Below, one piece after another: positions 1 to 12,475 of a stretch of 64,000 nucleotides of DNA. The position numbers were made by a program, and so were the translations under genes. The stretch's first letter is position 1; every line of letters starts with the position of its first letter. The DNA comes from Antedon mediterranea (Eukaryota; Animalia; Echinodermata), in assembly GCF_964355755.1 (NCBI RefSeq), contig NC_092671.1, positions 1,922,001 through 1,986,000 of the forward strand, read 5' to 3'. Under the pieces are notes generated by a model, which was not told where the DNA came from, did no database searches, and saw only the letters and a program-made list of their open reading frames with translations.

Positions 1-74
1 GATAGAAATGGCAGTAACAATACTTTTGTATTTTTCAGCAATCTCAGTACTTTAGTCTACATAATGCTTTATAC

Positions 75-3000
75 CTTTGTTTATTTTGTAGATAGTACAA
101 TACCCCTAATTCATTCAATGTTTTTGCTAATTCTGGTGTGTCTGGTCCAGTAGCTAGTTCCTCTAGCTGCAAGGCACGTTTCTGTAATATACTACCATTA
201 CCATGTGTTGTCAGTTGAGGTGGTTGAATCTTCCGCTTCAATGCTGCAACATGCTTTTGTAGTGGTTCTGCCTGATCATGTCTAAAACAAAAGGAAATAC
301 ATAAATATTATGTACATCCTTTAATGTGTTACTGTGTGTATCATATTCTGAAGGAATGCCAAAAATACTTACTTGTTTTGTTTACGATACAAAAACGCCA
401 AAGACTCAAGAACCTTCACCACCGACTCATGTTCGTTACCAAAAGCATTTCCATTGATGTCCAGAGCTTGTTTAAAGTAGGCCTCAGCCGTAGCAAACTT
501 ACCCCACTGTCCGTGTAGGCCTCCAAGGAGATAAAAACACTGTGCTACACTGGGGTGATCAGGATCGATTGATTCCCTCACTTCAAGAGCTCGATTAAGG
601 GGAACCACAGCCTAGGAAATAAAAAACCACAATACTGTTTATTGTATTTACTGCACTTTTTATGTATAAATCAATTTGTAGTCTATATTCATTTCCTATA
701 CTTAGTATTTAATTGATTTATTTGGGCATTAATAGCTGTTTTTGAGTTTAGCTTCCTCATTTTAAAACCTAGTATCTGTGTTTAATACACATTAAATCCT
801 CAGGTTCATTTGTAATAATTTTACCATTATGCAACAATAATAATACACGTATCTACATTCTCACCTGATTTAGAAGGCCCAAGTCCTTTAAAAATATTCC
901 CAGCATTTCATACATATCTGCAATGCGAGGCAATGTGTACACTCCACCTAGTTCTAAAGAAAAATAATACAACTTGCATTCAAAAAGAAAGACTTTGATA
1001 AATACATTGGTAATGCAATCCAAGTATAATCCCACCCCCTATTTTTTAGCCCCTAGGACTATGCCTGTCATATACAGTATGGTAATAATAATTTAACAGA
1101 TTTCTAAAAAAATATTTTTTTTAATGACTCACTCTCTTCAGCTTTCTTAATTGCATTGAAATACTCTGTTGCCATGGCAGTTTTATCATATCCTGCGCTC
1201 TGCCAGTACCCAATAAGTTCACCACACCGCCCTCTGGAGTACAACAGTTGAAACACAAACAGATCACTAATGCATGTTTTAAGTTTTGCCATGTCGTCTG
1301 TTTGTAGGATCAGCCACGGCAACTCGTCTACAACACGACCAGTAACATATCCCGGCCTAGCATACACAGTTAAAAGTAGTATATATAATTGAAAACTGTC
1401 ACACTGCATAATCTTCTCTAAAGCTTTGTCGTATTACTACCATATTTGAGCATATCACTACCATATTTGAGCATATCACTACCATATTTGGGAACACTTT
1501 TTTTTCAAACTAGTTTGATAGTGTAGACAGAGCTTTAGGCAATGTAAGAATCATAAGGCAGCTCAGTTAGAATCTTAAAACCTGCACTAGATATATATAT
1601 AGATATATATAGATATATATATATTTCAATCAAAGAGATTAAGTCACTCTAACCCAGCCCAATACGCCTAAATTTGTAAACTAATTACCTCAAAGAATTT
1701 GAAAAATAATCAAGCAGCAGTTGATTGGCGGAAGAAAGTTCTTTCTCGTGGACACCCATACAGTAGCGGATCTGAACGGCTTCCATAACCTTACATTAAT
1801 ATAAAGATTAATTACATAAAATTAAAATATAACTCTTTTTTGTATGTAAATTGTATTATACAATTTTTTATTGTATAAATTATTGCGTAAACTTTGACCA
1901 AGTATATCTTAGAAACATCTGACTTCTATAGACAGTGGTGGAAAGGAATACGAGCATGTAAAGTACATTTGCATATATAATAGATAATACACCTGTGTTA
2001 ATATAAACTTTGTTTTTGTTTTGGTTGTATGTATTTTTCTTTAGCTGTTATTGGACGCAATTCAGTTTTTAACTGCCATGTCTTTAGCATAAAATGTCAA
2101 CATCAAATATAGCGTCCAACCTGTTCATGTGCAAATGATATCAGTCCAGCACGGTAGTTTAAAACATGTCTATTGATGAGGTCATACAACAGAGGTGACC
2201 AGAATATCCATGTCAACTCTGGAATTAGATGGAATAGCTCGGATTCTGCAATGCCATTACGGGAACAACACATTATTTGCATTATCTAGAAAAATAGAAA
2301 TTAAAATGCATCAGTGCTTTTATTTAAAGATGCAGTTTCATAGCGAAAGATAGAAATGTTTGAAAGTTATTATTAGTTGGGTTATAATTGTAATGTTTGT
2401 CTCCCAGATATTTGTTGGAAACAAGTTGAGTTTTCCCCCCAAACTTTTACAGCTTATTTTGGCATAGATATCTGGAGTTTTTTGGTGTTTTTATAATCTT
2501 TTGCTAAATAAAAGAAAGATATTTGTAATAATATAAACTGTAGCTAGTAGATAGTATTAACTATATATTGTGACTATAGGCTTGCTTTTGCTCTCAAATT
2601 TAGGTATCAATACTTAATTTACCAAAGACTATGAAGTAATTACAGTACTTGAATGTACATTAGAAACAATATGTTACTACACAGATTCTATGTTGATATA
2701 AAGTTTCAGTATACCACGTAAAGTTAGTTTTGAAAAGAACTGTTGAGTTTTTCGAAATTTCGATCGGTGTACTTTGATCGTCTTCATATCAACATATTGA
2801 TTTTGCCATTCAAACAATATACATAGATTCTGTTTACACACCCTTTTCAGTAGGCCTCTATTAGACACGCCCTCATGCTCAATCTCTAACGTCTCAAGTA
2901 CGTGTCTATACAGTTCAATTGTGTCGGCATACTTCAGACACGCTTCAAGTTTCTGGTCCAAGTCCATCATTGTCTGATTAAAATGGATCAACTCATCAAT

Positions 3001-6000
3001 CAGCACCATGATGTAGAGAGGTAACCGCGTACTAGGCATTCGGCAGTGAGATAAAAGACGAGACTGCTGCTCGCTGGATAGACTAAAGTTTTTGATATTG
3101 CACTCGGCACGGACAAGTTCTTTGACATGCTTTGGGGTTAAAGGTTCAAGGTGAAGGGTTGGCCATGATCTGAAGAAAGAAAAATTAGACAGTTAGAAGA
3201 ATTGTTTAATCCTTTGTTAGTTTGAAGTGAACTTCTACCATCAAAATTGGTATCGATTGAAAAACGTTTTTGAAGAGTAAACAAAGGTACAGTATAAGCA
3301 GTTTTACCTCCATGCTTGAGGACGGGCATCAGCACTAACCGATACAATAACACGAACATCAACCGGAAGAGGATCTAATAACCACTGCATATTAGACTCT
3401 GCATTCTGAAAATATGATAAATATAAATAAAAATATTTATTTATAAGTCTTCATTACTACATTAGTTTTTATTTTTCAATTTTTCAATATATTAAAATAA
3501 TTTATATTTTGATTGCTCACTTGTAATTGTTCCATGGAATCAATAACCAAGATAATTCCTCCAGGAAATTTGGTTGAAACACGCTCAAGCCACCTTGGAA
3601 ACTCTTCAAGGAGTCTAGCTGGGTCAGAGGTTAAAGTTGGAGGCGAAGACACGTATTGTAGAAGCTGCAAGAAATTATTATTTACTAAACCTTAAATTTT
3701 AAATTAATTCTATAGTTCATTAAATATACATTAGAACATTATTGAATAGCTTTTCTTCTTTTTTTCTTCTTTTTCTTCTTTTTTTTTATTCAGAAGTTTG
3801 TAAGAGAAATATACATATTATGTATTATGTAACAAACTAAATAATTAAATATATTTATTAATATTTCAAACCTGTGTTGTCATTCTCCTAATCATGTTGA
3901 CAGAATCAGCACTGCATGTTTTTGACGATCCTACAAAATGGTAAAGAATGAGACTAGACCTTGCATGCTTCTGTTGCAAAGATATCCACTTGGCTAGAAG
4001 CAGTGACTTGCCCGAACCAGATGGCCCACAGATCAGATATGGTGGCAATGGCCCTGCTGCAATCACATGATCATTCAATCTTTCATAATGCTTAAAAAAT
4101 CAAAGAAATTTACGGATCATTTGAGATTTGCTCACTTATTTGACAAAATTATTTCATCACTATCATAATTGTCATTATCATACATACTTTTTCAAAACCT
4201 AGCTCACAAGTTGAAACCAATGCCAACTCAAATATTTCCAACTGTTCTGCATTACTGTAAGCATCCCACGTTACGTTTGTATCATTTGACCCTATACTTT
4301 GCAATTCATGATCCACCATTTTACCATTCTTCTCTTCCATTGGCAAGCCAAGTTCCTGAAAACACGCATATAGGATTCGTCAAAAACACAGCTAGCCAAC
4401 TTTGTTTATAGACAATTTTATAAGTAATCTAATAACTAATTAGATGTGGACTTTAATAGAGCAATGTCTATTTCAGGAAACTAAACATTCTTATGCTCTG
4501 TCTACACTATCAAAAAAATAACTACCCTATTTGGGAACATCAATACCATTTTTTTTGTCAAACTAGTTTGATAGTGTAGACAGAGCTTTATGCAGATAGC
4601 TGTGTTCTGATAACATCCTTGTACTGTGTCGCATAGACTTTTTGTTGGTTGGTGGAATATATTTGTACACAAACTCACTAATCTTAAAAGTCTTGTCAGC
4701 TCTCTGTATGCTTCTTTAGCCCCTTGAGTTGGATCGTCATATTTATCAATAATCTTACAGCGCCCTCTTTCATGCACAAGCCGCTTCATTTCGCAAGCTT
4801 CCTTGTTATTACCTTTACAACTATTGGGAGAAAAAAGGTTATTTTTACTGAAATGCGGTACAAACAGAAAAAGGTCTATTTATCAGACTGTGTCTTGCCG
4901 AATATTTTGGCACATATGGCATTTCATACACATAATACTTGTGTTCAAAAACAGAAAAAAATCGAAATGCCAACTGGTGGACTAACATAAATAACTAGAA
5001 GAACAGAATAATGATTATGTTTTAGACAACGCCATGATTCAATGTCTGTGTTCTATTCAACTGATTTACCAGGTGCTATATCTGATCTTACATATATACA
5101 AAAATATAGTTATGGCCCATGATCAGACCTCCCAACTTAGACAATTAAATATCAGAAAAAACACAGAAATATTGGGAGAGTTGGAAGGTCTGCATGAAAT
5201 TAAATTATTGACACAGATTATATTTATTACTTTTTGTAGGCTGGATTTCTGAAGCAGAAAATAGCTGGTCTTGCTCCAGGATTCATGTGATGTGCTATGT
5301 TATATTCCTCTGCAGTAAATCTGAAGAACAAAAAGTAATACACAATTACAATAAAGCCATTAGTGTCAATACTTTATAGTACAAGTTTTGGTGCTTAAAT
5401 ATTGTCAATAAATAAAATTAAAAAAATAATATTTATTGGTCCATCATAAAATTTGTTGGAAATTAATAGTAAATATATACTATTAAGCTCCTTCTACACT
5501 ATCAAACTAGATTGACCAAATATGGTAGTGATACGCCCAAATATGGTAGTGATATGCCCAAGTATGGTAGTGATAAGACATCATCGTGTCCATATATTTG
5601 ATAGTGTAGAACATAGCTATCATAATGGTTTTTAAGCAGATTTCCACTGTAGCCCTACCATAGCATGACCGTATCATCAGTCAGCAATCAGGGTGATACT
5701 GGCTGTCATTAACACAGAAATAAAATGTTTACCTGTCAGTATGGCCACCTAAGAATGCCAAAAACATTGTAGCCTGTTGCAGTTGTCTTTGGCGCACCTC
5801 ATGTTGTACTACAAGTTCATCGTCTGTCATTTCTTTACAATTGTCCGTTCTTAAATGAACAAGAAGAAAAAAGCGTCCTTCCATTTCACAAAGTTGTTTC
5901 AGCTTTGCTTCGTATTCCTAAATATTAAAAATTATAATTTAATAAAATTTGTATTGGGTATATGTACTTAAATAATAAGTATTCATTTAAGTCAATTTTT

Positions 6001-7702
6001 AAGGAATTCCCTTAGGTAGTAGTATATCCTTTCAATACTAAGTAAATCATTTCCCATTAGCCTTAGTGTGATTGTTGAGCACAGGCTCTCAAATATATCT
6101 GCAGTAAGTATTATCATTGATGGATTACAGTTTATATAAATGCTATTTTCAATTTTTTGATTTTTAGGAGTTGTAATTATTGTCATGGTTTATATATTGT
6201 CCTTTGAGTGATGTTTCCTTGTTATTGTAAATTGATTTTAAAAGTAATTAACCATTTTAAATATATCAACTTCGGCTTGCATGTTGCTAGGAGCACTCAA
6301 GTAAACAGTAATGACACGAGATGTAACTTCTTGATAAAATGGTGTCAACATACTTGGAGAAATTCCACCTATCAGAAATAAATAAAAATTCTCAATAGCA
6401 CCACTTTTTTACTCATTTTTTTTTAGGAATTAGGATTAATATTATTTTAATACTTAATTGGAGAGCTTTTTAATAGATTATAAATTTGACAAATAAACAC
6501 ACCATTGTAACTATTTACAAATAAACTTTCATTATCGACCGGATTGTATGGATTGTCTGGCCCTCTTGCGTGTAAAGATTGTAACTGAGTTGTACTGCCG
6601 AGCGAGGGCTCACTTTCTACAGTTGTCCACCAATCACCTGCAACAAAAACGGCAGAAAAAAAAATTAATTTAACCTGTTTTTTTGTTTTTTTTAAAGGGT
6701 TTGTTTATTATAATTTAGCCCAAGTAACCTAACCCAAAAAATTGTTTCTTTCCCCAATGTTCCATACCAAGTGAAACAACATACCATTTGTATCCACATT
6801 TGCTGGACTTGGGGATTTTAAACTAATGTGAGGTAAATTTGAATTTTGTAAGGTCACTTCTAGGTCACGACGAGATTTAAGCAAATCTCTTATCTCACTC
6901 TCTTTGGTTTCTCTGAATATCTATAAAACAAAAACAAAAAACATTTATAAGATGGAAACTTGAGGGAAAAAATGGGTGGCATAGATATAAGGATAACTTT
7001 TGCCATCATAAGAAAAAAAACTATATCTACCTTGAAATTATGCTGGACCTTGTTGCGATCTTGTTCAAATATATTAGCTCTGACCATGGCCTGATATTCC
7101 GAGTCGCACGCCAAGTCTCTTTCAACTCTCAATTTATTACAGGTTTTTTGAAGAGCCTATAAAATAAAATAATGTACAAAGAATTATTACAGAGCAATGT
7201 AATATGTAAAAAACGTTTATTTAATAAAACATTTTAATTAATGCTGTCTTATAAGCTCTGTATACACTATATCAAACTAGTTTGACAAAAAAAGTGTGAT
7301 GTGCCCAAATATGGAGGTGATATGACATCATCATGTCCATATGGGCACATCACATTTTTTTGTCAAATTTTAATAGTGTAGATGAGGCTTTACTTGTAAT
7401 TCTGCTCTTAAACGTCTATTCTCGCTTTCAAGTTTCTTCTCCTTTTTAGCAAGATCTGCAACCTCTGTTTGTTTACTGTACTTGTAAGTTTCAAAATCCC
7501 TTCGTATACGATCAAGCTCGGTATTCTCCAATTCCACGGATAAGGCTGACCTCATACTAGCTCCTTTGCCCTTGCGTCCAAGCGTTAATGAGCCAACTGA
7601 CGGTAGAAGGGTTCTACGAGGTTTGACCTCTATTGGTATCCTTGTTACCACCCCTGTGTCACCGGCCTCGCCCCTTACACTAAAGGAGCTTCCTGTTCCC
7701 AT
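75..7702 (-). CDS. NPHP3: Nephrocystin-3 (3'-partial, multi-exon; continues beyond left edge)
   Basis: Phase-consistent GT-AG exons read manually: 7394-7702, 7031-7156, 6785-6920, 6503-6637, 6253-6368, 5733-5917, 5231-5320, 4679-4820, 4188-4355, 3872-4090, 3521-3664, 3308-3405, 2842-3169, 2121-2285, 1689-1789, 1133-1356, 865-953, 373-611, 75-281. N-terminal myristoylation motif MGTGSS; coiled coil ([15 protein letters not shown]...[23 protein letters not shown]) matching my recollection of vertebrate NPHP3; P-loop GPSGSGKS; kinesin-light-chain-type TPRs ([31 protein letters not shown]). Confidence 0.93.
1419..1537. mobile_element. MITE family A (TIR AGCTCTGTCTACACTATCAAAC; TAA/TTA flanks, PIF/Harbinger-like)
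   Basis: Right TIR GTTTGATAGTGTAGACAGAGCT; internal 21-bp CATATCACTACCATATTTGAG repeats. Confidence 0.8.
2700..2815 (-). mobile_element. Degenerate Penelope/retrozyme-like repeat with damaged hammerhead core
   Basis: Minus strand reads ATGAAGA-CGATC(aaagtacacc)GATC-GAAATTTCG, lacking the first C of CUGANGA; a similar sequence recurs at ~20305-20450. Confidence 0.45.
4494..4590. mobile_element. MITE family A copy
   Basis: Both TIRs present, internally deleted. Confidence 0.8.
5484..5619. mobile_element. MITE family A copy
   Basis: Degenerate TIRs, three internal 21-bp units. Confidence 0.75.
7252..7391. mobile_element. MITE family A copy abutting an NPHP3 splice donor
   Basis: TAAGCTCTGTATACACTAT ... 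TAATAGTGTAGATGAGGCTTTA. Confidence 0.8.
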
Positions 7703-8354
7703 GTTTTGGTTTTTTTATGCCTTTTTAAAAAACGTTTTCTCTTTTTTGTCCATCTACAGTTCTGTGGAATAAAAAGGTATTACTGTAGTAATATTAGGAA
7801 CATACTCCCAGATCGGTAAAATTATTCCATTGACTACCAAAATTTAAGTTTCAATATTAACCACCATTTAAGCTGTTTTTTAGTCTCATTCCAAAATTGT
7901 TTATATCTCTACCAAGCTACCTTCTTTGTTTTCTACTCTTATTCAGACTCCACCCTGTCTCCCTTTGTTATATTTTTTTTATTCCTGTCCACCCAGGCAG
8001 CACTTATTATTATTATTTATTGCCAAAAACCAGATACAAACAAACAAAAACACAGAAACTAAGGGAGTAGGCAGGAACCTAAAAGTGAACCTAATCACTA
8101 TAACAAGAGTTCAGGTTCCGTACTCCCAAAGTAACAACAATGATATATAATAAACTATATAAAAATATTTAAATAACAAATAGACGAATCAACAGCGTCA
8201 ATATAAAATAAACGGATAAAATACATTATAGTCGATTCAACAAAGTCAATATAAAACATGTGATTTAAGTGAATTTAAAAATGTTGGAAAACTGTCTAAA
8301 ATTAAAGAATTTTCCAGCTTTATACTATATGACGTTATCCAAATTCCTTCACTT

Positions 8355-8391
8355 GCACTGATGAAGGGCTAGTGTTGCCCGAAAGCTTTGC
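8355..8391 (+). ncRNA. Minimal type I hammerhead ribozyme (Penelope-like element pLTR type)
   Basis: GCA-CTGATGA-A-GGGC(TAGTGTT)GCCC-GAAA-GCTT-TGC: complete catalytic core, stem II, palindromic AAGCTT stem III, 3-bp stem I. Confidence 0.75.
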
Positions 8392-8959
8392 TAACTTTTC
8401 TGGCTATTTTACTTCTTGTTTTGATTTAGCTTTTCACTTTTATTTTTTATCTCTATTGAGATCCAGCCACTGATACCCACAGCATTGTAATTTTTTCAGT
8501 AATTTGCCTTTGGATTTATATATATATATAACATACACTGTAAACAAGTTTACTATTGAAATTGGAACTAAATAAGTCTTTTCAAAATATTTGTTGTAGT
8601 ACATATTATGGTAATGGTACCTGAACAATTGTCATCCAATAAATAAACAGTTATTAGGCCTAGGTTCTATTGCATTATTTTCAATCATACCAATCGATTA
8701 CCAATTAATTTATACTAGTTAGGCCTAGGCCCTAGTTCCCGAACCAAGCCAGTCCCCGTCTGTCAGGATGTATTAGTAGTATACTAGGCTAGGCTTTGTT
8801 TGCGGAAGGCCTAGCTAGCCTAGGGTAGGCTACTACTAGCCTAGAGTAGTAGTAGGAGGCCTAGCCTAGTAGCAAGAGCCTAAATTAAACTAGCCTAACA
8901 CTGCAGGGCTATTTACAGGTAACAGTGTAATAAAAATACTATTAAATATTAGCACTTAC

Positions 8960-9100
8960 ACTTATCAGTTTATATTTTTACATTTTATATAGAATAAAAG
9001 GAAAACATGTTTACAATCAACCGCAACAAAACACCACCATAACACAGAAAGTTTTTTATCACCAAAACATTTTTGAGCATAAACAAAATTGTAAAATGAT
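8960..9100 (-). other. NPHP3: Probable non-coding first exon of NPHP3
   Basis: GTAAGT donor on minus strand at 8954-8959; acceptor of first coding exon at 7762-7763. The 5' limit is approximate. Confidence 0.5.
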
Positions 9101-9290
9101 GCGTTTAATTAGTTAATACAATCGTGCCAATCCGTAACTTTATGAAATTTATTTGTAACAACGTCTACTGGTTCCCGAGCTCATTGATCTCTAAAGTTGC
9201 AAGGGCGACCCCATCGTTAGACAACATTTCGCGCGCGGTCATTCACACATAAATTTTACAATTGTTATTCGCGAAGAAAGATAGAGAGTA
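9060..9290. promoter_or_regulatory. Bidirectional promoter between NPHP3 and the + strand R-SNARE gene
   Basis: CpG-containing stretch between two outward-facing GTAAGT donors (8954-8959 minus, 9390-9395 plus); CCAAT near 9127; X-box-like GTTGCAAGGGCGAC at 9196-9209; E2F-like TTTCGCGC near 9227; forkhead-like TAAACAA near 9080. Confidence 0.6.
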
Positions 9291-9389
9291 GAGTTTCGGA
9301 CGATCAACAGTCTGTTTATTGAGCGGCAGGATCAAGAGAGTTTATAGATATCGGGAGAAATTTATGTAGGAATGGGAGTATTGAGCTAG
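9280..9389 (+). other. Probable non-coding first exon of the + strand R-SNARE gene
   Basis: Purine-rich stretch ending in CTAG|GTAAGT; downstream polypyrimidine acceptor TTTCTACAG ending at 13907. The 5' limit is approximate. Confidence 0.55.
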
Positions 9390-9628
9390 GTAAGTTAGTT
9401 GGTTAGTATTCATTGGTTTACTATTTTCTAGGGCCTGGCCCTAACTAATGTTTTTGGATCAACCAGGGAAACCGAGCCGACGACAAATCCCACCACCCCC
9501 GCACTGTTTGCATGCAGTGCTTCTAAACTTTTTTACCACCACATTCACCGGCCGGCTAAACAATGTTTGGCCTACCTTAGAAATGATCTTTTTCTTAGCT
9601 CTAGGATCTAGCTAGGCACGCCTGCTTC

Positions 9629-9880
9629 CTGGGGGCGGATCCAGGATTTTTATCAAGGGATTTATATAATAATGATAAATCATGATGTCAAAATGTAATT
9701 CATTTTTTTAGGTGTCAAAAGGGCCGGGCCGGGGGAAGCATGGATGAATCCTCCCGGGATCTTAACCTACCTGGATCCTCCCATTCGTCCCTAGATTCGT
9801 CCCTGGATCCTTCACATCCCATTATCTCTCCCCCCCCCCATTATCTTTCCCCCCCCCCCCCCCTTCACCTCCCTGGATAT
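9629..9880. mobile_element. Small GGGGCGGATCCAGG-type (hAT-like) MITE; related decayed copies near 30455-30640, 53138-53210, 56930-57057
   Basis: GGGGCGGATCCAGGATTT start and repeated CCCTGGATCC ends. Confidence 0.5.
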
Positions 9881-10249
9881 TCTGGTTTGTATGTTCATGA
9901 TCTGAATGATTTGTGCTATTTAAAATTGTGCAAGGATTTTTAAAGATTTTCTTGTGCAATTTGAAATCATTTATAAAATACCAGGGAAGTCCTGTTTTTG
10001 TGTGCCACCACCCTTCCTTAGCCTGGCCCTATCTAGGGTCAAGTTCATGTGCACATCGCTTTGTTAATGTTTGCACATGCACTACAAAAGCACATGCCAG
10101 TGGCAAACAAATGTAATGAAAACAAAAAACTTTGGAATTTGTGTGCATTTATGGAAGCTATATGCTTTTTAAGTTATTCGTGGTAGAGTGAATCTGGTAT
10201 TTTCCCACCCAGCTCAATACAATTATACACTGAGCCTTTGTGATGCACT

Positions 10250-10680
10250 AATTATACCAATATAAGCACTAATAACGTAAATTGAGATATAATTGTCAGA
10301 AGAGGTGATGCACTAAATGCAAAAGCTGCACAAATCTGCAATTTAGAATTTCATATTTAAACCATATGAAATTAAAAGTTGAACGAATAGCTGAGTGAAC
10401 CAGAGCCATTAATAAAGCACTAAGTAGTATTAAAAGGTTGGACACGATAGATGCATTGCAGCATTATATATCTCCCTGGATTTTGATGAATAAATTGTCT
10501 GGTCTCGTAGGAATACATTCAATAACAATCAACTATCTAACCAGACATGACTCTTGTATAACAGCTATTCTGCTATCCAGTATAATCCATTACATGAATT
10601 ATATTGCAATTGACCGGCTATTGTGCATGTTCAATTTGACTTTCTACATAGCACTTTACATATGATTCTGTCTACCAAGA
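10250..10680 (-). mobile_element. Possible highly decayed CR1/L2-like LINE reverse transcriptase remnant
   Basis: Only faint motif traces (VIQESCL resembling VPQGSCL); weak. Confidence 0.25.
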
Positions 10681-12274
10681 AGAACTAAGATCTTTTTGCA
10701 GATGTATATTTTTTAAGGAAAGGTTTTTATGCGGATCCAAGTGGTTGACATCTGGTGAAAAAATAGAACTGTCAATGTCATTAGGTTATTAAAATTCAAG
10801 ACTTATTTCACAATTAACAAATCCTACAGTATTTCAAAATCCTGGGCCCACCACTGGTTTTGATGTATTTATATATATTTATTATAAATAATTACTCTAA
10901 AGTACTGTAATATTCATTCTGCAAATCACATGCATACTTAAGTTTCTACCATTGTTGAAAAAACGATAAAATGACAGCCATTAAAATTCATGTTTGATTG
11001 TTAATACTGTAAAATTTATATTTTTTACGATATTACAATATTTACATATAGTATACAACAGCATATTGTACTTGCTTGCTCCTATTTGAATGTCACTTTT
11101 AGTCTATAAAAAATCACTTAGCATTTATTCTAATTAAAATATGCTTTCACTTCTCAATTCCTAATTTATTTTGTGCCACAGATAATACAGTATTTAATAA
11201 TAAGGAACACGCTGTAATTTGATGAATTTCCTTTTTAAGTATAATTCACAAGTCTTAACCATTCATGCGTGTAATGATTATAAATATTATTCTAACTCAC
11301 TTAAAAAAAAAAATCTATTAAAACACATTGTACAGTTAATAACAATTTATTGATATTTTACTTACTATACACAAAACATACCTGTATTTTGTTATGAATC
11401 ATAATTAAACTTTGTACACTCAACATGGATGTATTGTATAGTATCTATGTATATATCCACATACTGTAGTACTGTTGGGTGGTAAAAAAAAAATTCACAC
11501 AGGTACCCATTTCTTGGGTTGGAGCTGGGAGGTTGAAATTTGTATTGGTGTCCCACCCATCCATCTTTGGAACTATTGCATCCATGCTACATAATGCTAC
11601 CATAAGGTCAAGTTTAGTACATTTTCATTCTCTAATCACCTATTGATTTTTTAACCCCTGTAGCAAAAACATGATTAAATGTATTGTATTTAAGATAGAA
11701 CTACTGTACTGTATATGGTCAAAATTCAAAATGTTGTACAGTAGGTTGTTTTATTTTTTAAACATAATTTGATGAGTCCCTGTCCTATTCACATCACTTG
11801 GCTGTCGTCTAGTTGTCACTCTAGCTTTTATAATATGTCTATTATAGACAAAGTAATCAACACAGGTCTTTTTCAAATAAGAATTTGTATATTATTTATG
11901 TATACAGTAACAATAGAAATTCATAAGATAATGAAGACATTGTTAGTATTCATCAGGGAAATCAAAGACTTGATATTGATGGTGTGTAGTTACAATTTAT
12001 TTATTGTATTAACTTATGTTACAAGGATTTACCTGTACTTTGGGAATACCCAATTAATTTGCGTTAATAAGGAAGCGTTCTATGAGAAGACCTAAACACG
12101 TTGTATTGTTGTTCAATGTCTGGGTCTAGATTTCACCAAAACTGTATTTAAGAATGCCTCGAGGATGCATGTCGTATTGTCTTCAGAAGTGCACAGTAAA
12201 TCTTCTGTGTCTGCTTTTATAATTTAACTTTTTTTTAGGGTAACATTAATTAACAAATATTATAATTTTTCCAG

Positions 12275-12475
12275 GGAACAACCAAACTAAATGGTATAGC
12301 CAAAAAAACAATACAAAACTACTGTATGTTTCCTATTAAAAGAATACGACCAAACCAAATGGTATAGCCAAAAAAACAATATAAACACTATTGTATGTTT
12401 CCTATTAAAAGAATGCAACCAAACCAAATGGTACAGCCAAAAAAACAATACAAACACTATTGTATGTTTCTTAAT
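12275..12475. repeat. 67-bp tandem repeat x3
   Basis: CCAAACCAAATGGTATAGCCAAAAAAACAATACAAACACTATTGTATGTTTCC repeated. Confidence 0.9.

Noticed and set aside
6851-6867. Perfect DR5 (AGGTCA-cttct-AGGTCA)
   Set aside because: Lies in an NPHP3 coding exon and is explained by codons (RDLEVTL); kept only as a caution on background frequency.
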